A stretch of DNA of 64,000 nt from Octopus sinensis. Lineage: Eukaryota. Under the pieces are notes generated by a model. That model searched no databases. It had not been told where the DNA came from and saw only the letters and a list, made by a program, of their open reading frames with translations. Where the stretch lies: positions 77,190,001-77,254,000 of the forward strand of contig NC_043007.1 in NCBI RefSeq assembly GCF_006345805.1, written 5' to 3'. The translations under genes were made by a program, and so were the position numbers. This document shows, piece after piece, positions 54,290 to 64,000 of this stretch (position 1 is the first letter of the stretch; every line of letters begins with the position of its first letter).

Positions 54290-57200
54290 ACTGCTACTTA
54301 TTTTATCGACCCCGAAAGGATGAAAGATAAAGTCGACCAAAGCGGAATTTTAATCCAGAATGAAAAGACGAACGAAATGTTATTAAGCATTTTGTTCGAT
54401 GTGTTATAGATTCTGCCAGCTTACCACATCCAAAATACCAAGCAACATCAAACACTGAAATAAGGTAGCGAGCTGGCAGAATCATTAGCACGCCAGGTAA
54501 AATGTTTAGCGGTATTTTGACCGTTTTTATGTTCCGAGTTCAAATTTCACCGAGATCTACTTTGCTTTTTTAATCCTTTCAGAATCGATCAAATAAGTAC
54601 TAGTTGAGCGCTAGGATCGATGTAATTGATATAGCCCTCCCCCGAAGTTGTTGGTCTTGTGCCAAATTTGAAAGCAATATGAAATATTGAAATATTGGTT
54701 TCAAACTTGGGCACAAGCCCATCATTTGTGGGGAAGAAGTGAGTAGACCTTAGTGCATAAATGGTACTTATTTTATTGAAACGGCAAATATAAGGAGCAA
54801 AGTCGATCTCGGCGTAATATGAACTCAAAATGTAAAGACGGACGAAATACCGCTAACGAATTTGCCAACTTGCTGCCTTAAAACATTGACATATTAATGA
54901 GTAGTATGTACGAATATCTAACAGAAATTCGTATTTGAGGTGAAGTAGACGATTAGTAAGGTAGTGAAATTGTAGAATCTTTGACCGATCACAAACGAAA
55001 AATGCAGTATTCTGTTCTGCTTTTTACGTTCAAAATTCATCGAAGTGAACCTTGACTTTCATTCCTTCGAGTTGTTGAAATAAAGAACCTGTCAAATCCT
55101 AGAGTCAATGTAAACGACTAAGTTCCTTCTCTTAAAATGCTGGCCTTGAATCCCGCAATCGAAAAGCACCTCATTCAGGGAGGATGTTGCAATCTCAGTC
55201 ACTTCTGCAGAGGGAGAACTGTGATCTAGATCACCTACCCGCCATGGGAGCAACGTAACCGAGCTTATTCATACGAATACTAGAGCTCGAGGAGAAATAA
55301 AAAATAGTAAGCTATTACTTTAAAATACTGCTGTTGTTGTTCTTGATGTTTAGCTAAGATTGTGGGTTCAAATACCGCCGAGGTTGACTTTGCCTCTCAT
55401 CTTTTAGGAGTTGATTTGATAAGTACCAGTTGAACACAGGGGTCAATGTAATCGACATACCCACTTCCCAAAATTTTTTAGCCTTATGCTAAAATTTGAA
55501 ATCAATATTTAGCTAAGATTAAGGCGATGAGCGGACAGAATCCTTAGGACGCCAGGCGAAGTGCTTGGCGGCATTTCGTCCGTCTTTACGTTCTAAGTTC
55601 AAATTCCGGTGTGTTCAGCTTTGACTTTCATGCTTCCGTGGTCGATAAATAAGTACCAGCTGAGCACTTGGTCGGTGTAATCGACTTACCCGGCCACCCA
55701 GAATTGCTGATCTTATGCCAAAATTTGAAACCAAAGCTCGCAGAATCGTTAGCACGCCGGATAAAATGCTTATCAGCATTTCATTCGACTTTGCCTTCTG
55801 AGTTCACATTCTGCCGTCGACTTTGCTATTCATCCATTCGGAGTCGGTAAATACGCGCCAACTGAACACTGGGGTCGATTTATTCGACGCACCCTTTCAC
55901 CAAAGTTACTGGTCTTATGCCAAAATTTGAAACTAATATTATGATCTATGCCATTTGTTCCCAACTATTTCAAAATGGTTCCCAAAATGGGTTCCCAACC
56001 CATTTATTTCAATGAGCTTTCCCACGGTCTCCTTTCAATATGCTTATCCCTTTATATATATATATATATTTGAAATTTTGAATTTAGTTCACGCCCCCCG
56101 CCTCCCAGTACTACTAGCGGGATCGTTACAGCACCGGACAAAATGCTTAGCAGTATTTCGTCCGTCTTTAGGTTTCTATGTTCAAATTCAGCCGCGGTCA
56201 GCTTTGCCTTTCATCTTTTCGGTGTCGATAACATAAGTACCAGTTAAATACTGAGGTCAATGAAATTGATTAGCTTTCACCTTCAAATTGCTCCCTTGTG
56301 ACAAAATTTAAAAAATTTAATATTTATCCAAGTTTAAGCGGATTTATAACCGAAAACTTTCCAAATTTATACTTCTGGTCTTATAAGACAGTTTAATTTA
56401 AGGGATATTTGGCTTATATTTCTAGCATGTTAAACGACTACATTAATCTTTTCTGACTTCGGTACAAACCAGAAATATCTTAGTATGTATGTACAATATC
56501 TTTTATCTACGATTGTATATAAAGATTTACGGAGATGTATTCGCATAGCAAGTGATTTGATCTGAGATCGTGTGCTGGAACGAAAACAATTGCAGCGTGG
56601 AAAGTGTTTGTAAGCCATTTAAGAAACACACAAAAGCCGTTCGATTCACTTCAACATTTAAGTTTAATTTGTCAAAATATTTTCGTCGCTAAAATCCGCG
56701 ATCTGTTCACTGACAAAAATCCGTGCTAAGAGTTTACACAATAATTCTGTCAGTCGACATGTTATTATTAAATTAATTACCCACCAACACCATTGCCACA
56801 ATTATAATCAAGATAACAACAATAATCCTTTCTGCTATAGGTATAGGTTCTGAAAATTTCTGAGAAGGGGTCTAGTAGGTTACATTGATCTCAGTACTCA
56901 AATGGTTTCTATTTCATATTTCATCGATCCCTGAAATGATGAAAGCAGAGTCAACATGACCTCGGCGGAATTTGAACTCAGAATGTAAAGATGGACAAAA
57001 TACCGCTCAGCATTTCCTCCGGCGTCTTAATGATTCTGCTCGCTCGACGCCTTAGACAACAATTATATCATTTCTAATATAGTCACAAGGTCTGAAATAT
57101 TAGTGGTGAGGCCTAATCAATGACTTAGACCTCGGTACCCAACTGATTTTTATTTCATATTTTATCGACCCGGAAAAGATGAAAGGCAAAGCCGACCTCG

Positions 57201-57760
57201 GCGGAATTTCAACTTAGAACGTAATGACGGACAAAATGCCACGAAGCATTTTGTCCGGTGTCTTAACCATTCTACTAGCTCACCACCTTAAACGAAAATA
57301 ATATCGGTTTCAAATTACATAACAATAATGTCCTTTCTATTATAGACACAAGGAATGGAATTTCTTGGAGTAAGGGTTTGTCAACCCCAGTGCTCAGCAG
57401 GTATCTCCATTATCAACTTCGGAAGAATGTAAAGCAAAATTGAACTTGATGGAATTTGAGCTACAGTATAAAGACGGACCAAACGCTGCTAAGAATTTCG
57501 TCCGGTTTATTAGCGATTCTACAATCTCGCCACCTTAAATGACAGTAGTATCGGCTTCAAATTTTGGCGCAAGATCAGCAACTGGGTGACAGTTAACGCT
57601 ATTATATCGACACCAGTATTCAGCTGGTACTCATTTTATCGACCCTTAAATGATGAAAGTCAAAGTCGACCTCGGCGGAATTTTAACTCGAACGCAAAAG
57701 TACTGGAGTCGACATACTAGAGTTAACTCTCACCCAAAAATTGCTGGAATTATCCAGTAA
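54290..57760. mobile_element. Dense cluster of more than 10 diverged SINE family N copies in both orientations
   Basis: Repeated variants of GTCGACTTTGCCTTTCATCC and GGCGGAATTTGAACTC throughout. Confidence 0.85.
56668..56717 (-). ncRNA. Hammerhead fold with variant core GUGAACA (G3-C8 swap)
   Basis: Reverse complement: TTTGTCA-GTGAACA-GATCGC-GGATTTTA-GCGAC-GAAA-ATAT-TT-TGACAAA. Perfect 7-bp stem I, stem II with one bulge, palindromic stem III. Confidence 0.65.
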
Positions 57761-57925
57761 TTTTTTTTTTTTTTTTGCTAGTTTATTTTGTCTCTTGTCT
57801 TCTCTACTGGTGGTGTATGAACATTTAATGTGGTTTTTAGAGTCAAATTTGGGCTGCTATTTCCAGCGCGGTGGTATCTCTTAGATACCCTAAATTATAA
57901 TTTTAATATATATATATATATATAT

Positions 57926-58375
57926 ATTATATAAAAGGGCTTAGTAAAATAAATTACTTTGCCGCATACTGAACTCGTTAGAAATAGCAGCTAAAAAAAA
58001 CTATTTCTAACACTTAAAGAAAACCTCTCTCATATAGTGCTTGCTCAATTCAACCCAAGAAAGTATGAGGGTAGAGACATTAAAAAATCAAATGCAAAGG
58101 TTATTTGAGTACGTACGTTTCAAGATTAGCCAAATTCGACCCTTCTCTCATGAGAGAAGGGTCGAATTTGGCTAATCTTGAAACGTACGTACTCAAATAA
58201 CCTTTGCATTTGATTTTTTAATGTCTCTACCCTCATACTTTCTTGGGTTGAATTGAGCAAGCACTATATGAGAGAGGTTTTCTTTAAGTGTTAGAAATAG
58301 TTTTTTTTAGCTGCTATTTCTAACGAGTTCAGTATGCGGCAAAGTAATTTATTTTACTAAGCCCTTTTATATAAT
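57926..58375. repeat. Perfect 450-bp spacer-less palindrome (225-bp arms) in a (TA)n-flanked element extending to ~58472
   Basis: Axis CTCTCA|TGAGAG at 58150/58151. No mismatch seen by eye out to 57926/58375. Confidence 0.95.
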
Positions 58376-58471
58376 GTAATAATTTGAATTTGCCTTAAAT
58401 GGTCCCTTTGCATACTGAATACTTGGTGAAATTGATTAATTAATTAATTAATTTTACCCTCAATTGTTGAA

Positions 58472-58506
<35 letters not shown>

Positions 58507-58816
58507 ATTATATATATATATACAGACACACACACATACATACATACATACATACATACATGCATACATACATACATACATACATATGTGTGTGTGCGTG
58601 CGTGCGCGCGCTCTTGCGCCTCAGTGTGAGTGAGAGTAATGTTTCGACAGATTTACACCAGTGACTGCTGTTCTTTTCCCTTCATTCCTCGTAGACTTAC
58701 AACAAAAGCTCCTGTCACGCTCTTTCTAGCTCTTCGTCCTCTCGCTCAATTATTTATCATCAACCACTTCCTCTCATCTTTAGCCCTTTCTCTGTCCTAC
58801 TCCACCTATCTCTGTA

Positions 58817-58847
<31 letters not shown>

Positions 58848-59319
58848 AAATGCCTGTTTCATTAAATATCTATTTGTCTGTCTGTCTCTTTGTCTCTCAA
58901 TCTTTCTGTCTGTCTGTCTGTTTGTCACTCTGAATTTCTTAAGTTCTTTCTATATAATACCATTTTTTTTTCTCCTCATCATCGTTTCCAAAGCATTTCC
59001 TATCTTACTTTTTCTCTGTCTGCGTCTCTCTCTCTCTTTCTCTCTCCCCACATCCCCCTTTCTCTGTCTCTGTCTGTCTCTCTCTCTCTCCTTCTCACTC
59101 CCCTTCTCTCTCATCCTTTCTCCCTCTTTCTCAGGGTCTTCCTCTCGTGATGTCCGTCTCCGTATATCTATCCTTTTCTTTCGCCGTCTTTTCTCCATTA
59201 TCATCATTTCTATCTATCATCCATTATATCTACCTCTCATATACTCTATTAACAATATACTTCGTGTTTCGGCTGTTGTTTCAGCTATCTTTCAAAATTA
59301 TCTTCATCATTGTCATCGT

Positions 59320-59520
59320 TGACGTCGTCATCATCATCATCATTATCATCATCATTATTTTCCTTACCACCACGTTTTTCTTCTTTTCCCTCTCACTCTT
59401 CTTCTTCTTCTTCTTCTTCTTCTTCTTCTTCTTCTTCTTCTTCTTCTTCTTCTTCTTCTTCTCCTTCTCCTTCTCTTCCTTCTTCTCCTCCCTCTTCTTC
59501 TCTATCTCCTTTCTTTTTTT
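59320..59520. repeat. (CAT)n and (CTT)n microsatellites
   Basis: Directly visible; source of the poly-F, K, E and S ORFs. Confidence 0.95.
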
Positions 59521-59797
59521 GGTTTGTAATTTGTAAAACATTCTCTGCATTTTCTTCTGTTTTATTCACTTCACATATGATCATATACATACATACATAC
59601 ACAGATATATATACCTATATAATATATATATATATTCTTTTGCTTCATTTTATTTTTATTTATCTCTATGAAAGCACACTTGCATATATATACATACACA
59701 TACATACATACATATATATATATTTAATTATTTATATATATATTTATTTATATGTATATATTTATTGATATATATATATATATATGTATATATTTAT

Positions 59798-59830
<33 letters not shown>

Positions 59831-61201
59831 CATGTGATTGTTTACATACATACATACATATGTATATATATATATTATATTTATACAAAAGCATGTGTAT
59901 GTGTACATACGCAAGCATGCGTATACTCATGCATACATACATGTATGAATGTAAAAGTATGCATGTATATTTTGGCAGCCCCCCCCCACCGCACCGATAT
60001 TGGCTTTCGCAATTATTCCTTCCTACTTTTATATTCAACAAAGTTTTTAGCTTTGCTTAGTATTTTGGTCATTGGTTTAGAATAAACACATTTTCCCCTC
60101 TATCCTGAGATGATACGTCTTGTACTATCGTCTGGTTTTGTCTAGTATTTCCACCATTTCTATTTACCTTTATAATATTGTCATTCTCTCTCTGTTTCTT
60201 TCTTTCTCTCTCTCTCTTTTTTCTTTCTTCCTCCATCTATTTATCTTCCCCTGGCTGGCTGTTTCTTCTTTTCTTATACATCGGGTATTTATTAACTGAC
60301 GGCATAAAGAGAAGAAATAAGTTTATTTCCCTCTGGTGGGTTCCATTCTTATCGTTACTCCTTCGTAATTCTGAACAATATCGATTTAGAATCAAGAATA
60401 TCGGAAGTTCTAGTTGCTATAATAACTAACAACAATGTAGAACTGTTCTGGATGAGCGCGAACACAATAAATGCTAAGGGACCTTGTCCACGAATAAGGA
60501 AGCGACAAAGGACATATAAAAACAAATACATCTATGAACAAACTACGTTATTGACAACTTCAGAATATTCTTATTTACATTTTTTTATGTTCTTTTACCA
60601 TTCTTTTCTTTGTTTCTTTCTTACATACTTTTCCCTTCTAAGAGCAGGCAATTAATTGTTAGTCAAAAATGTGAATTTATAACCACCAAGAGAAAGTAAA
60701 GAAAAGAATACGAAGATAGAAGAAAAAATAGAAAGGAAGGGAGAGACAGATATAACGTTTACGATTTATATTCTTTTTATTTAAAAAAAAAATTGGGATA
60801 AATAAATGAATAAATAAATAAATAAATGCATTGGAGTCTTCAAAAAAAAGACTTCGTTCGTTTCATTTTGACGTTTTGTTAAGAATATCATTATTGCTTG
60901 CTTGAATTCGTCGATTGATTACCGATACATGGAAAATGATGACCGACCGCGTTATGTTTTCATTGGAGGAATACAGGTTTTTACTTGAGATGTCACAGCT
61001 CTTTACTGATGAAGGCAAACACTCGCGTAACACAACACAAAGACCAACAAATACACATATAACACTTGTATACAAAAGAAAGAAAAAAAAGAGAAAGAAA
61101 GGAAGAAAAAAATAACGGATGATAAAACAAGCAGCTATGCAAACTAACAAATGAAATAATAACGACAACATTGACAACAAGAACAACAACAACAGCAAAC
61201 A

Positions 61202-61236
<35 letters not shown>

Positions 61237-61656
61237 TAATAATAATAATAATAATCATAATAATAATAATAATAATATAATAATATAATAATAATAATAA
61301 TAATAATAATACAGTGTTAATTCATGTATGGAATGACACCTGTCATTCAGTTCAAAGCCGTTTGTGAACAGTTTTACAGTTAGTTCCTGCTTTTAGATAA
61401 AAAAAAAAAAAAAAAAGAACAAAATACCACACAGAAACACAGAGCAAAAAATAAAATAAAAAAGGAAAAAAAAAAGACATATACAAAGGAGCGAAATACA
61501 GCAACAACACAAACAAATAACTACTACAGACACAAACAAAAAGGAAGGAAACAAAAATAAAAAAAAAAGGATAGGAAAACGAAATGTGTAGAAACTGTTT
61601 GGGTTCTGAAAGCTGTCAAAGGGAAATAATATCTCTCCCCATGATAAACCATAGAG

Positions 61657-61679
61657 TAATGATGATAATAATAATAATG

Positions 61680-61752
<73 letters not shown>

Positions 61753-61772
61753 TGATGATGATAATAATAATG

Positions 61773-61818
<46 letters not shown>

Positions 61819-61864
61819 TGATGATAATAATAATAATGATAATAATAATAAAATAATAATAATG

Positions 61865-61904
<40 letters not shown>

Positions 61905-61948
61905 TGATGATAATAATAATAATGATAATAATAATAATAATAATAATG

Positions 61949-61996
<48 letters not shown>

Positions 61997-62016
61997 TGAT
62001 GATAATAATAATAATG

Positions 62017-62065
<49 letters not shown>

Positions 62066-62073
62066 TGATGATG

Positions 62074-62120
<47 letters not shown>

Positions 62121-62153
62121 GATGATGATAATGATGATGATGATGATAATAAT
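61657..62153. repeat. ~500-bp (TAA)n/(TGA)n microsatellite
   Basis: Directly visible. Confidence 0.97.
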
Positions 62154-62381
62154 GGTAAAGATTTGGGGACTAAAGGGGGGGTAGCGTGGGGAGGGGGATC
62201 AGGAGTATAATAAATGGATATAACGCAGATTCTAAGAAAGTTTCAGTCGATTATATCATCATCATCATCATCATCGTCGTCGTCGTCGTCATCGTTCTAA
62301 TATTTCCCCCTCTTCCTCCTCCATTTCCCTATCATCATCATCATCATTAATGTAAAGATACATATCAAAAATAATTGTACT

Positions 62382-62435
<54 letters not shown>

Positions 62436-62889
62436 TACTTCTACTGCTGCTGATTCTGCTATTACTGTTGTTGTTGTTGTTGAGATGCTGTTGGTGTTAT
62501 CATCATCATTACCACCTCACCACCACCATCATCATTATCATCATCAACAACAACGCCGCCATTATTTTGTTGCTACTGGTAGTGTTTCTAGTGGTGATGG
62601 TGGTGGTGTTGGTGGTGGTGGTGGTGGTGTTGGTGATGGTGGTGGTCTACTCAGCTTTTGTCGTCGTCATCGTAGTCCTGGGGCATTGTGGATGCTGTTG
62701 TAAACCCTGATATTGTTGTTGTTATTTCTTGTCATCTTTCCCCCACCCCACTCCCTACCACTACCACCCCGCCATTTCCCCGGTCCCTAAACATATCTAA
62801 GGATGAGCCAGAAAGTCCACTACAACAAAACAGAATCTGCCATATCCCTTCATTTATTTATTCCTATTTTTAAAACTATTTCATCTATA

Positions 62890-63270
62890 TGTTTTAAAAT
62901 TCTTTTAGTTGTGGCAAAATATTAAATAGAAATATTTCAATTGCTTTTATTCACATAAAACTTAGAATCTCTGAGGTAATATTTTCCATACATAACTTCA
63001 AGACAAGTTTGTGCTTTTCTTTATTTTTGTAACTTAAACCTTTTCTGCTGACATCGAAGGATTCCTAACTTTTTAACGATATTGGTATAATTGAGACAAA
63101 CTGGCTCCACATACTAATTGTGCGATAGCAGGTTGTGTTTTAGACAACTGTTTCTGTGTATGGACTACCTTGTGTAATCTGCTACCTGCATAAGTTTTCA
63201 TTAAATAGAAGCTAGTTCAATGAGTGTGAATTGAGCGTTTGGGGAATCGTGATTGATATTTCGAAACCCA
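62890..63270 (-). mobile_element. Possible decayed Penelope-like RT fragment
   Basis: A frameshifted LFNENL..QVA.ITQGSP resembles the RT motif FxFxxxxYxQxxGxxMGSP. Confidence 0.3.
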
Positions 63271-63279
63271 CTTGCAGGT

Positions 63280-63832
63280 TTTCTACTCCAGGCACAAGGC
63301 CCGAAATTTTGGAGGAAGGGGCAGTCGATTAGATCGACACCAGTGCGTAACTGGTAGTTAATTTATCGACTCCGAAAGGATGAAAAGCAAAGTCGACCTC
63401 AGCAGAATTTGAACTCAGAACACAAAGACAGACGAAATACCTATTTCTTTACTACTCACAATGGGCTAAACGCAGAGGGGACAAACAAGGACAGACAAAC
63501 GGGTTAAGTCAATTATATCGACCCCAGTGCGTTACTGGTACTTAATTTATCGATCCCGAAAAGATGAAAGGCAAAGTCGACCTCGGCGGAATTTGAACTC
63601 AGAACGTAGCGGCAGACGAAATGCCAATTTCTTTACTACCCACAAGGGGATAAACACAGAGAGGACAAAACAAGGACAGAAAAACGGATTAATTCGATTA
63701 CATCGATCCCAGTGCGTAACTGGTACTTAACTTATCGACCTCGGCGGAATTTGAACTCAGAACGTAGCGGCAGACGAAATACTGCTATGCATTTCACCCG
63801 GCGTGCTAACGTTTCTGACAGCTCGCCGCCTT
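63280..63832 (-). mobile_element. SINE family N trimer
   Basis: Junctions at ~63441 and ~63625 (184-bp period). Full head ending CAGCTCGCCGCCTT at 63832. Confidence 0.92.
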
Positions 63833-64000
63833 TTCAGTCGCAGCTATTTCATTACACGCAGTTAATCAATATTTTTTAACTTTAGTACATCGGTCTCACA
63901 CCTTGAAGGATATTTTAACTTATCGGTACCGAAATAATCAAATGTAAAAGTGGTTCTTGGAAGAACTCAATAATAAGAAAAAACAACAACAGTTTCAAAT

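Noticed and set aside
58630-59322. 230-aa hydrophobic ORF resembling a membrane protein
   Set aside because: Its composition comes from (CT)n and (CTGT)n pyrimidine tracts that lack stop codons.
60863-61115. Unique-sequence ORFs near 60.9-61.1 kb
   Set aside because: Short, running into low-complexity tracts, with no recognisable domain or splice structure.

Overview
AT-rich, extremely microsatellite-dense animal non-coding DNA (intron or intergenic). The repeat repertoire looks like an Octopus-type cephalopod genome, which is an inference from recalled SINE sequences. I find no credible host protein-coding exon: nearly all listed ORFs are read-through of (TA)n, (TG)n, (TATG)n, (TATC)n or trinucleotide tracts. 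Supportable content: (1) three tRNA-derived SINE families in many copies, showing head/tail swapping and fixed-junction multimers; (2) two copies of a Tc1-type transposon whose catalytic triad is spaced DD36E; (3) an internally deleted mariner; (4) a 420-bp MITE with perfect 29-bp TIRs, an 8-bp TSD and internal telomere-like repeats; (5) CR1/L2-like LINE 3' ends that share their tail with one SINE family; (6) several decayed Penelope-like RT/GIY-YIG remnants. The most interesting signal is a set of short elements, mostly next to (TA)n tracts, that carry type-I hammerhead ribozyme folds with a palindromic stem III. Intact-looking copies lie at 42305-42347, 52064-52160 and 16286-16390. A variant at 56668-56717 has a compensatory G3-C8 core (GUGAACA). 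Foldback palindromes, including a perfect spacer-less 450-bp one at 57926-58375, have their axes just upstream of the hammerhead GAAA half. All folds and translations were done by eye, and most SINE and remnant boundaries are approximate.
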